From contig JANRKF010000006.1 of the NCBI GenBank assembly GCA_033763575.1, forward strand, positions 16,166 to 80,165: DNA of 64,000 nucleotides, read 5' to 3'. The translations under genes were made by a program, and so were the position numbers. Under the pieces are notes generated by a model, which did no database searches, was not told where the DNA came from, and was given only the letters and a program-made list of their open reading frames with translations. The number at the start of each line of letters is the position of its first letter. The first letter of the stretch is position 1. This DNA is from Alphaproteobacteria bacterium (GTDB taxonomy: Bacteria; Pseudomonadota; Alphaproteobacteria; Rickettsiales; SXRF01). Shown piece after piece: positions 10,226 through 20,064 of the stretch.

Positions 10226-10747
10226 CTACATGCTGGCGCGTATGGTGGAGAAGGTCTGAACCTTGAGAATCCGGCCACACAGCACCTCTCTGGCTTCATG
10301 CAGGTCGGTCATAGAGGCATACCATTCTTCCGCATGAGGTGTTTGTTTGGCGCCGGGCGCCCAGTTGTATCCTTCCATCAGGGGGGCGTTGTATATAGGA
10401 CGCGCATGCCCGTTTTTCGCCGCCGTGAAATAGGGCTTGTACATTTTTTCCAGAATATTCCGCGCCTGAGCCAGTGTGGCGGGCGCCTGCTCGAGGCTTT
10501 GGAGATTATCCGGGTGGAGTGTTCCGCCATTCCGCACTATGGCCAGCGAGGCATATAGCCGGGTGAGTTCAGTGGCAACCCGGTCCTTGTGGTCATTGGC
10601 ATGCCAGTCATGGATAAGCCAGTCTTTCATGTGCAGAGAGGCGCCCAGTATCTTTTCTCCATAGTCGGCCAGAAAATTACCCACTTCGCCTTGGAGGGCT
10701 TTGTATTTTTCTCTGTCACCATGCAGAATTTTTTCGATATACGACAT
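10226..10747 (-). CDS. hypothetical protein
   Basis: 173-aa ORF whose ATG is preceded by AGGGAAAT. I recognise no family. Confidence 0.5.
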   Translation of the reverse strand: MSYIEKILHGDREKYKALQGEVGNFLADYGEKILGASLHMKDWLIHDWHANDHKDRVATELTRLYASLAIVRNGGTLHPDNLQSLEQAPATLAQARNILEKMYKPYFTAAKNGHARPIYNAPLMEGYNWAPGAKQTPHAEEWYASMTDLHEAREVLCGRILKVQTFSTIRASM

Positions 10748-10755
10748 ATTTCCCT

Positions 10756-10783
10756 AAACAAAAAAGGCGCCCCGGAGGGCGCC
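10756..10783 (-). terminator. rho-independent terminator downstream of groEL
   Basis: Stem GGCGCCC / loop / GGGCGCC (10766-10783), followed on the minus strand by a T-run (complement of 10756-10765). Confidence 0.75.
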
Positions 10784-10826
10784 TTTTATTGTAGGCAAAA
10801 CGGCTGTCAGGTCAAGCCGGATGTGG

Positions 10827-12570
<1,744 letters not shown>

Positions 12571-12573
<3 letters not shown>

Positions 12574-12885
12574 AGCGGCTTTCTTACCAGCCGATGCGCC
12601 TTCAATGATACCGATGACATCGCTTTCTTTGAGGACGAGCAAATCTTTGCCATCGAGTTTGATTTCGTTGCCGGCCCATTGGGTGAAGAGCACGATATCG
12701 CCCACAGCCACATCCACCGGGATGCGTTTGCCGTTTTCGTCTTTCGCGCCTGCGCCGACGGCGAGCACTTTCGCCTGTTTCGGTTTTTCTTTGGCAGAAT
12801 CCGGGATGATGATGCCGCCAGCAGTTTTTTCTTCTTGTTCGATACGTTCAACGACGATACGGTCGCCGAGTGGTTTGATGTTCAT
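12571..12885 (-). CDS. groES: co-chaperonin GroES (Cpn10)
   Basis: 104 aa. [35 protein letters not shown] is a canonical GroES N-terminus and mobile loop. Confidence 0.97.
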
Positions 12886-12953
12886 GGTTTCTCTCCTTCA
12901 TAGATCATCGTGAATTTAGGATTTCCGCGCCTTTCGCGCAGAAACAGTGGTGC

Positions 12954-12986
12954 AGATATAGTCGTTTGAAATGGCGTTTCAAGGGG
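12954..12986 (-). promoter_or_regulatory. candidate heat-shock (sigma-32-type) promoter of groESL
   Basis: The minus strand reads CCCCTTGAAA, then 16 nt, then CTATATCT, about 70 nt upstream of the groES ATG. This resembles the CTTGAA / CYTATNT-type RpoH promoters of alphaproteobacteria. No CIRCE element was seen. Confidence 0.4.
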
Positions 12987-12999
12987 TAAAGTCAAAAAA

Positions 13000-13611
13000 A
13001 TGCAATCTCCCGCCAAGAATTGTTCTAAATGCCCGCGTTTATGCGGTTTCCGCAAAGAAAACGCGGTAAAATTTCCCGGCTATCATAATGCGCCGGTGCC
13101 GTCGTTCGGCGAGCTTTCGGCGGAGCTTCTGGTGGTGGGGCTTGCCCCAGGCCTGCATGGCGCCAACCAGACCGGGCGGCCTTTTACCGGCGATTATGCG
13201 GGGATTGTGCTCTATGCTGGGCTGCAGAAATATGGTTTTACGCTGGCCAATTGCCGCATCACCAATGCCGTGCGTTGTGTTCCGCAGGAAAATAAACCGG
13301 AGCCGTCGGAAATTAAAAACTGCAACGTGTTTCTCAAGGATGAAATCGCCGCCATGCCGAACCTGAAGGCGATTCTTTCATTAGGGCTGGTCTCGCATAA
13401 TGCGGTGCTGCGGGCGCTGGGGCTTAAAGCGAGTGCCGCGAAATTCGCGCATGGCGCCATTTACAGCTTGCCTGCCACTTGCCACCTATCACCTGTCACC
13501 TTGTACGACAGCTATCACTGCTCGCGTTACAATATTAATACCGGGCGGCTCTCGCAGGGGATGTTTGACGTGGTGATAGAAAATATAAGTTCGTCATTGC
13601 GAGGAGCGTAA
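13000..13611 (+). CDS. uracil-DNA glycosylase superfamily protein (family 4/5-like)
   Basis: 203 aa with CSKCPRLC, GLAPGLHGANQTGRPFTGD and SYHCSRYN.NTGRL motifs. The last residues SSLRGA and the stop codon are encoded by a palindromic repeat. Confidence 0.8.
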   Translation: MQSPAKNCSKCPRLCGFRKENAVKFPGYHNAPVPSFGELSAELLVVGLAPGLHGANQTGRPFTGDYAGIVLYAGLQKYGFTLANCRITNAVRCVPQENKPEPSEIKNCNVFLKDEIAAMPNLKAILSLGLVSHNAVLRALGLKASAAKFAHGAIYSLPATCHLSPVTLYDSYHCSRYNINTGRLSQGMFDVVIENISSSLRGA

Positions 13612-13686
13612 GCGACGCGGCAATCCATCTGTCTATCTGCTATAAATAAGATGGGATCGCCGCGGCCTTTGGCCTCGCGATGATGA
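13591..13686. repeat. nested palindromic element, GTCATTGCGAG type (copy A1)
   Basis: TCGTCATTGCGAGGAGCGTAAGCGACGCGGCAATCCATCT ... AGATGGGATCGCCGCGGCCTTTGGCCTCGCGATGATGA. It fills the gap between the convergent udg gene and the 13687 gene. Confidence 0.8.
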
Positions 13687-14283
13687 TTAGTTTTTATCCC
13701 ACGGCATTGGCGGGCGGAAATCGCTGGAGTCGATATCGGGTCTTTCGAATTGCGGGGTGTTGACGGAAGGCGCGGAAAGGTTCGGGGTGTGCGGGACCAT
13801 GCCGTCGGTATTGACGCCGACGCTGGTGCCGAGCAAATCATCGATCACCTGGTTGCCCTGCAAAATAGCGAAGCGGGCGCGTTTTTTTAGCGGCGATTCC
13901 AGCTTTTCCAGCGCGCAGCTTTGCGGGTTATCGCCATGCACGCGGCACCAGCCGGCCTTGCCCTGGCGCTTGCAGGCCACACCCGATTCCACCTTCTGCG
14001 CGTCATGGGTGCGGGCAACTTCCACATAATGCCGACAGTCTGCTTTCTGCTTGCTGACATAATGTTTTCCCACCGAAATCCGGCCATTCACTGCCGCCAC
14101 CGACCAGTCCTGATATTCGCCTTCCTTCAGGTTATCCATCGCATAGTCGAATGTTTTTTCGAGGTAGTCGATCTCGCTGTCGGTGAAAGCGCGGGCGACC
14201 TGTGGTGCGCGGGTGATGGGCTTGTTAAGCTGCCACGTTACCCATGCCACGATGATTGCCAGTGTAATGTAAAATGTACGCAT
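13687..14283 (-). CDS. hypothetical membrane-anchored protein (possibly a 17-kDa surface-antigen-like Cys motif)
   Basis: ATG at 14283 is preceded by GGAGG. It has an N-terminal TM (FYITLAIIVAWVTW) and a CRHY...G.ACKRQGKAGWCRV pattern that is loosely reminiscent of COG4520 surface antigens. Confidence 0.5.
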   Translation of the reverse strand: MRTFYITLAIIVAWVTWQLNKPITRAPQVARAFTDSEIDYLEKTFDYAMDNLKEGEYQDWSVAAVNGRISVGKHYVSKQKADCRHYVEVARTHDAQKVESGVACKRQGKAGWCRVHGDNPQSCALEKLESPLKKRARFAILQGNQVIDDLLGTSVGVNTDGMVPHTPNLSAPSVNTPQFERPDIDSSDFRPPMPWDKN

Positions 14284-14322
14284 GCCTCCGAGAATACCTA
14301 AAAAATCGTGATTTTGCAATGA

Positions 14323-15813
14323 CTAGAACGCTGTCCAAACGATAATAATGGCGGCGGCGAGCGCCGTCCAGCCCAGCAGGAGCCACGGGCGTTGGGTTTT
14401 CCGGCGGGCGGCGTTTAGCGCCTCGATGCTGCCCGGGTGCAGCCTCAGGCCGCCTTCTTCGCCGATGGCATCCAGCGCCCGTTCGACTTTTTTAAGCATC
14501 TCCGGCAGTTTGAGGACGTGTTTTTTGGCTTCGGCCAGTGCTATTTTTGCCTGCGCGGTTTTGGAAAATTGTTCGCCTGCCCACTCCTCGATCAGCGGTT
14601 TGGCCAGCTCCCACATATTCAGCCTGGGGTTCAGCATGCGGCCCACGCCTTCGGCGACCATGAGCGTTTTTTGCATCAGCAGCAATTGCGGCTGCGTTTC
14701 CATCTCGAATTCGGCAGCGATCTTGAACATCTGTCCGAGCAGGGCGGCCACCGAAATTTCGTTCAGCGGCTTGCCGAGAATGGGCCGCGCCACTGCCCGG
14801 CAGGCCTGGGTGAAGGCCTCTTTATTTTTATGGTAAGGCACATAGCCGGCGGCGAAATGCAGCTCGGCGACGCTTTCGTAATCCTCATTTAAAAACCCAT
14901 GGACGATGCGGGCGATGGTGGCGCGGGAATGCCAGTCCAGCCGCCCGGTGATACCGAAATCGACCGCCACCAGCTCGCCGTTTCTGGTATCGAGGAACAG
15001 GTTGCCGGGGTGCAGGTCGGCGTGGAAAAACCCGTCGATGAAGACTTGTGCGAACAGGCTCCTCGACATTTTTTCCAGCAGCGCATCGGTATCGAAACCG
15101 CTTTCGCGAATGGCCTCCATATCGTTGAAGGAAATGCCTTCCACCCACTGGGCGGTCAGCACGCGGCGGGAGGTCAGGTTCCAGTCCACGTCCGGAATCG
15201 TCATGCCCACCGCATGTTTTTTCATGTTGGCGCCCATCTCCTCAGCGGCGGCGGCCTCAAACCGCAAATCCAGCTCAAAGAATACGGTATCTTTGAAGGT
15301 GCGGATAATCTCGCGGGGTTTCAGGCGGCGGTAGCGCGGCAGGTAATCATCCATCAGCCCGGCCAGCCAGAAGAACAGTTCGATGTCGCGGGCGAATGCC
15401 TGCTCGATACCGGGGCGGGTGACTTTGACGGCGACGGCGCTGCCGTCTTTTGTCACTGCTTTGTGCACCTGTGCGATGGAGGCGGCGGCGATTGGCGTGT
15501 TTTCAAATCGCACGAATAATTCGTCCAGCGGCTTGCCGAATTCCGCTTCGATGATGGCGCGGGCCTGGTGGCTGGGGAAGGGGGGCAGGTCGTCGCGCAG
15601 CCGCGACAGGTCGGCGGCGACATCCTCGCCGATAAAATCCGAACGTGTTGAGATTGCCTGTCCCAGCTTGATGAAGGCGGGGCCGAGGCGTTCCAGCGCG
15701 TGCGCCAGCCGCTCGCCGCGCCGCATGCCGCTTTTGCGCAGGCACAGCACATCATAGCGCAGCAATACAAATGCGATGAAGATGAGGCGGAAGATGTTTC
15801 GGAAGGGGCGCAC
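14323..15813 (-). CDS. ubiB: ubiquinone biosynthesis regulatory kinase-like protein UbiB (ABC1/ADCK family)
   Basis: 496 aa with GPAFIKLGQ..STR.D, AAASIAQVH.A and FFHADLHPGNLF motifs plus C-terminal TM helices. It lies immediately downstream of ubiE. Confidence 0.92.
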   Translation of the reverse strand: MRPFRNIFRLIFIAFVLLRYDVLCLRKSGMRRGERLAHALERLGPAFIKLGQAISTRSDFIGEDVAADLSRLRDDLPPFPSHQARAIIEAEFGKPLDELFVRFENTPIAAASIAQVHKAVTKDGSAVAVKVTRPGIEQAFARDIELFFWLAGLMDDYLPRYRRLKPREIIRTFKDTVFFELDLRFEAAAAEEMGANMKKHAVGMTIPDVDWNLTSRRVLTAQWVEGISFNDMEAIRESGFDTDALLEKMSRSLFAQVFIDGFFHADLHPGNLFLDTRNGELVAVDFGITGRLDWHSRATIARIVHGFLNEDYESVAELHFAAGYVPYHKNKEAFTQACRAVARPILGKPLNEISVAALLGQMFKIAAEFEMETQPQLLLMQKTLMVAEGVGRMLNPRLNMWELAKPLIEEWAGEQFSKTAQAKIALAEAKKHVLKLPEMLKKVERALDAIGEEGGLRLHPGSIEALNAARRKTQRPWLLLGWTALAAAIIIVWTAF

Positions 15814-16623
15814 CTATAACTTCCTCCCCGTATGCAGCGCGACCACACCGCCGGTCATGTTGCGGTAGTTCACATTTCCGAAGCCTGCGACCTTTATCAT
15901 TTTTGCGAATGTTTCCTGGTCGGGGAATTTGCGGATGCTCTCCACTAAATACTGGTAGCTCGCCCGGTCCTGCGTGATCTGCTGGCCTATCCACGGAATT
16001 ATGTTGAAGGAATAGCTGTCATAAATTTTTGCCAATACCTCGTTGGGAATATGGCTGAATTCGAGGCACAAGAATTTTCCGCCGATTTTCAGCACGCGGT
16101 AGGCTTCGGCGAGCGCCTTTTCAATATGGGTGACGTTGCGGATGCCGAACGCGATGGTATAGGCGTCGAAATGCGCGTCGGGGAAGGGGAGCGCTTCGGC
16201 ATTGCCCACCACCCATTCGAGGCCTTCGCGCCGGTTGGCATCGATCGCACGATTTTTTCCTTCATTCAGCATCGCCTCATTAATATCGCAGACAGTGACA
16301 TTAATTCCGTCATCCCGGCGAAGGCCGGGATCCATATCAGGCGACTCGCTCGTAGATGAACGTAGATTCCGGCCTGTGCCGGAATGACAATATTTCAAAA
16401 TGCGAAACGCGATGTCCCCCGTGCCGCCCGCCACATCCAATACATGCTGTCCGGATCTGGGGGCAAGCGCGCTGACCATCTCGCGTTTCCACAGACGGTG
16501 CAGGCCCGCGCTCATCACGTCGTTCATGATGTCGTATTTGCCTGCGACCGAATCGAATACGCCGCGCACGCGCCGCTCTTTTTCCTGCTCGTCGACTGTC
16601 TGGAATCCGAAATGGGTTTGCAT
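15814..16623 (-). CDS. ubiE: demethylmenaquinone/ubiquinone C-methyltransferase UbiE, carrying an in-frame repeat insertion
   Basis: [48 protein letters not shown] and the GG.F.CLEFS motifs identify it. Start is the ATG at 16623. An extra segment ([29 protein letters not shown]) follows motif I. Confidence 0.9.
   Translation of the reverse strand: MQTHFGFQTVDEQEKERRVRGVFDSVAGKYDIMNDVMSAGLHRLWKREMVSALAPRSGQHVLDVAGGTGDIAFRILKYCHSGTGRNLRSSTSESPDMDPGLRRDDGINVTVCDINEAMLNEGKNRAIDANRREGLEWVVGNAEALPFPDAHFDAYTIAFGIRNVTHIEKALAEAYRVLKIGGKFLCLEFSHIPNEVLAKIYDSYSFNIIPWIGQQITQDRASYQYLVESIRKFPDQETFAKMIKVAGFGNVNYRNMTGGVVALHTGRKL
16304..16390. repeat. nested palindromic element, GTCATCCCGGC type (copy B1), inside ubiE
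   Basis: CCGTCATCCCGGCGAAGGCCGGGATCCAT ... GATTCCGGCCTGTGCCGGAATGACAA. Each arm contains its own hairpin. Confidence 0.8.
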
Positions 16624-16630
16624 GAAGATG

Positions 16631-16734
16631 GTCTCTGGGTTTCTAGGTCGCTTGGTCTCTCGGTTGGACAACATACACATTCTTTTGTACCAATCAACCT
16701 AGAGACCTAGCAACCGAGCGACCAAGAAACCCAC
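16631..16734. repeat. period-8 NGGTNNCT word hairpin element filling the ubiE/mutM divergent spacer
   Basis: Left arm: GGGTTTCTAGGTCGCTTGGTCTCTCGGTTGG. Reverse complement of the right arm: GGGTTTCTTGGTCGCTCGGTTGCTAGGTCTCTAGGTTG. Confidence 0.7.
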
Positions 16735-16736
16735 TT

Positions 16737-17561
16737 ATGCCAGAATTACCCGAAGTAGAAACTGTTGTGCGTGGGTTGAGCGCGAGTATCACCGGCAGCC
16801 GCATTCGCGCCGTCCGGCTGCGCCGCAAGGATTTGCGTTTTCCTTTTCCCAGGGGTTTTGCGGCAGCGCTCGCGGGCGCCAGGATCCTCGGCGTTTCCCG
16901 CCGGGCCAAATATTTATTATTCACGCTCGATAATGATTACAGCATCATCTCGCATCTTGGGATGAGCGGTCGTTTCATTATCCCCGCACTTGTTGCGGGG
17001 TCTGGTCTTTCAAAGCACGATCACGTCATCATCACGCTCGATGATGGCCGCACGCTGATTTATAACGATCCACGCCGTTTCGGGGTGATGACGCTGGTGA
17101 AAACCGCCGATGCCACGCGGCATCCTCTCCTCAGAAATCTTGGGCCGGAGCCTCTTTCAAGCGATTTTACCGCCTCCTACCTGAAAGCGGAATTGCTGCG
17201 GCGGAAGGGTGCGGTCAAGCCGGTGCTGATGGACCAGAAGCTGGTGGTGGGCGTGGGTAATATTTATGCAAGCGAGGCCTTGTTCCTGGCCGGGATCGAT
17301 CCGCGCATGTCTGCTCCAAAAGCCGCGCCGGAAGCGGCGTTGCTGGTGAAGTCCATCCGCAAGGTGCTGCGTGACGCCATCGCATCCGGCGGTTCGTCTT
17401 TGCGCGATTTTGTGCATATTTCCGGCGAGTCGGGCTATTTCCAGCACCGCTTCAATGTGTATGGGCGCGAGGGTGAGCCTTGTTTTGCCTGTAAGACACC
17501 CCTGCGGGGTATACGGCAGGCGGGCCGCGCCACTTTCTACTGCCCGAAATGTCAGCGGTGA
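16737..17561 (+). CDS. mutM: formamidopyrimidine-DNA glycosylase
   Basis: 274 aa with the MPELPEVETVVRGL N-terminus and a C-terminal zinc finger (CFACKTPL....GRATFYCPKCQ). Confidence 0.95.
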   Translation: MPELPEVETVVRGLSASITGSRIRAVRLRRKDLRFPFPRGFAAALAGARILGVSRRAKYLLFTLDNDYSIISHLGMSGRFIIPALVAGSGLSKHDHVIITLDDGRTLIYNDPRRFGVMTLVKTADATRHPLLRNLGPEPLSSDFTASYLKAELLRRKGAVKPVLMDQKLVVGVGNIYASEALFLAGIDPRMSAPKAAPEAALLVKSIRKVLRDAIASGGSSLRDFVHISGESGYFQHRFNVYGREGEPCFACKTPLRGIRQAGRATFYCPKCQR

Positions 17562-17573
17562 GTGCAAAACTCC

Positions 17574-17582
17574 TGTGGATAA
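17574..17582 (-). promoter_or_regulatory. perfect DnaA box (TTATCCACA)
   Basis: The plus strand reads TGTGGATAA just downstream of mutM and upstream of rpsT-dnaA. Confidence 0.6.
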
Positions 17583-17741
17583 CTCCCTCAAAATGCTACG
17601 GTTTCCGCCATGTTGATAAGTTTTGAAAGAAAATGATTTTGCATGATATTTTGCACTTGACGGGCGGAATTTATGTGGTTACTTTCACCCTCCCTCGGAA
17701 CGGTCTTCGGGGATAACATTTCAACATACGGACACAGACAC

Positions 17742-18008
17742 ATGGCGAACCACAAGTCTTCAGAAAAACGCAACCGTCAAACCATCAAGCGCACCGAACG
17801 TAACCGGGTGCGTGAAAGCCGCATCAAATCGTTCCTCCGCAAGGTGGAAGAAGCGATCGCGAGTGGCGATAAAAAAGTGGCGGGTGAGGCTCTGAAGGCT
17901 GCTCAACCTGAGTTGATGAAGGGTGTGACCAAGGGTGTGCTGAAGAAGGAAACCGCCTCGCGCAAGATGAGCAGGCTGTCGTCCCGCGTGAAAAAACTCG
18001 CCGCTTAA
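17742..18008 (+). CDS. rpsT: 30S ribosomal protein S20
   Basis: [36 protein letters not shown] is a canonical S20 sequence. Start is the ATG at 17742. Confidence 0.95.
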   Translation: MANHKSSEKRNRQTIKRTERNRVRESRIKSFLRKVEEAIASGDKKVAGEALKAAQPELMKGVTKGVLKKETASRKMSRLSSRVKKLAA

Positions 18009-18097
18009 CATTCTGTTTTTCATATATTAAATCTCCACCGTCCGCTCAAGAGACGGGTCTTGTTTTGCAATCAAATTTACCGTAACGGGAACGAAAC

Positions 18098-18592
18098 ATG
18101 GCCGCTGCCAACGCTTCTCTTTCTGCCGAAAACTCTTTGTCAGAGCTGATTTCCAGGGCCTCTGCCCGCAAGAACCCTGCCTGCGGTTATGTGGGTGAAT
18201 TGCTGCCGGCCGAGGTGTTCGCCTATCTGGTGCAGCAGGGCGGATTGCTGGTGGATGTGCGCACCCTGCCGGAATGGCAATTCGTCGGCCTGCCGGAGCT
18301 TTCCGGCTGTAAGGGCCAGTTAGCAGCGATTTCGTGGAAAATCTATCCGGAGATGGCGGAAAACCCGCATTTCGCCGCGCAGCTGGCGGAAACCGGCATT
18401 GCCAAAGAGTCGCCGATCTTTTTCATGTGCCGCGGCGGCGGGCGCTCATCCGCTGCGGCCAACGCCATGGCGGCGGCCGGTTACAGCTGCTGTTTCAATG
18501 TGGCGACCGGTTTTGAAGGTGAGGTGGATGCAGAAGGCCATCGCGGCCGCAAGAGCGGCTGGCAGGGAACGGGGTTGCCATGGAAACATTGA
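18098..18592 (+). CDS. rhodanese-domain sulfurtransferase
   Basis: 164 aa with [11 protein letters not shown] and the active-site loop [13 protein letters not shown]. Confidence 0.8.
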   Translation: MAAANASLSAENSLSELISRASARKNPACGYVGELLPAEVFAYLVQQGGLLVDVRTLPEWQFVGLPELSGCKGQLAAISWKIYPEMAENPHFAAQLAETGIAKESPIFFMCRGGGRSSAAANAMAAAGYSCCFNVATGFEGEVDAEGHRGRKSGWQGTGLPWKH

Positions 18593-19992
18593 TGGAAGCG
18601 CCAGAGACCCAAACGATGGACGACGTGCTGGCCGCGACCTGGAAGCGTATCAGTGCGAGCCTCCACGCCCAGTTCGGCGATGCGATTTACCGCAGCTGGC
18701 TGAAGCCGCTGCAATTTGTCGGCGCTCGCGATCACCATGTGCAGCTTGCCGTGCCGACGCGGTTCATGCGTGAATGGATCAACACCCACTACATCAACGC
18801 CATCACCGAATTATGGAGCGTGGAGCCGAGCGCGGAAGGCTATGCGCTGGACATCATCATCGCTTCGCCCGCAACGGCCGCGACGGCGGAACCGCAGGAA
18901 AAAAACGTCATCGTCCATCCGTCATGGTCGAATAACGAAACGCCGGAACCCGATAACAATTTTGGCGCGCCGCTCGATCCTCGCTATACGTTTGAAAATT
19001 TTGTCGTAGGCAAGCCGAACGAACTGGCCCATGCAGCCGCCCGCCGCGTAGCCGAATCGGCGCAGGTGGTGCAGGGTTGCAATCCGCTGTTTCTCTATGG
19101 TGGTGTCGGGCTTGGCAAGACCCATCTGATGCACGCAATCGCCTGGCATATCCGCACGCATTCGCCGAACCGCAAGGTGATTTACCTCTCGGCGGAAAAA
19201 TTCATGTACCAGTTCGTGAAGGCGCTGCGCTTCAAGGAATCTTTCGCGTTCAAGGAGCAGTTCCGCTCGGTGGACGTGCTGATGATCGACGACGTGCAGT
19301 TCATCAGCGGCAAGGATTCGACGCAGGAAGAATTTTTTCACACCTTCAATGCGCTGATCGACCAGAACAAGCAGCTCGTCATCTCCGGCGACCGCTCGCC
19401 GTCCGATCTCGAGGGCATCGAGGAGCGCGTGCGCTCGCGCCTAGGCTGGGGTCTGGTCGCGGACATTCACACCACCAGCTATGAGCTGCGCCTCGGCATC
19501 CTGCAATCGAAAGCGGCGAACATGCCGCATGTGCAGATTCCCGATAAGGTCATTGAATTTCTTGCGCACAAAATCACCTCGAATGTGCGCGAGCTGGAAG
19601 GTGGCTTAAACCGCGTGGTCGCGCATGCGACGCTGGTGGGCCGCCCGATCACCATGGAAACGGTGCAGGAGGTGCTGCATGATTTGCTGCGCGCCAATGA
19701 CCGCCGCATCACGGTCGAGGACATCCAGAAACAGGTGGCGCAGCATTATAACATCAAGGTTTCCGACATGCATTCTGCGCGGCGCTCGCGCTCGGTGGCG
19801 CGGCCCCGTCAGGTGGCCATGTATCTTTCCAAAAAATTCACCACCAAGAGCCTGCCCGATATTGGCCGCCGCTTCGGCGGCAAGGACCACACCACGGTCA
19901 TGCATGCCGTGAAAAAAGTTGAAGAACTGATTGCGGCGGATGCGGAATTCTGCTCAGATGTGGAATTATTATCGCGGATGTTACAGAATTAA
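18580..19992 (+). CDS. dnaA: chromosomal replication initiator DnaA
   Basis: 470 aa with Walker A ([14 protein letters not shown]), box VII, and the domain IV motifs [10 protein letters not shown] and [11 protein letters not shown]. Its start overlaps the rhodanese gene end, and downstream Met starts are possible. Confidence 0.95.
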   Translation: METLMEAPETQTMDDVLAATWKRISASLHAQFGDAIYRSWLKPLQFVGARDHHVQLAVPTRFMREWINTHYINAITELWSVEPSAEGYALDIIIASPATAATAEPQEKNVIVHPSWSNNETPEPDNNFGAPLDPRYTFENFVVGKPNELAHAAARRVAESAQVVQGCNPLFLYGGVGLGKTHLMHAIAWHIRTHSPNRKVIYLSAEKFMYQFVKALRFKESFAFKEQFRSVDVLMIDDVQFISGKDSTQEEFFHTFNALIDQNKQLVISGDRSPSDLEGIEERVRSRLGWGLVADIHTTSYELRLGILQSKAANMPHVQIPDKVIEFLAHKITSNVRELEGGLNRVVAHATLVGRPITMETVQEVLHDLLRANDRRITVEDIQKQVAQHYNIKVSDMHSARRSRSVARPRQVAMYLSKKFTTKSLPDIGRRFGGKDHTTVMHAVKKVEELIAADAEFCSDVELLSRMLQN

Positions 19993-20064
19993 GAGATAGT
20001 TGCGGAGTCAGTTATGAGTGCTATAGTCGCTGCCAAGGAATCACCCACTGCTTCGGAAAACCCT

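Noticed and set aside
12886-12999. CIRCE/HrcA operator upstream of groES.
   Set aside because: No match to TTAGCACTC-N9-GAGTGCTAA is visible. Only a sigma-32-like promoter candidate and a short GCGC..GCGC palindrome are present.
17562-19992. Possible chromosomal origin (oriC) next to dnaA.
   Set aside because: - I found only one perfect DnaA box and no cluster of boxes.
- There is no obvious AT-rich unwinding element beside dnaA.
- In alphaproteobacteria the origin is usually near hemE rather than dnaA.
- This cannot be settled without whole-replicon GC skew.
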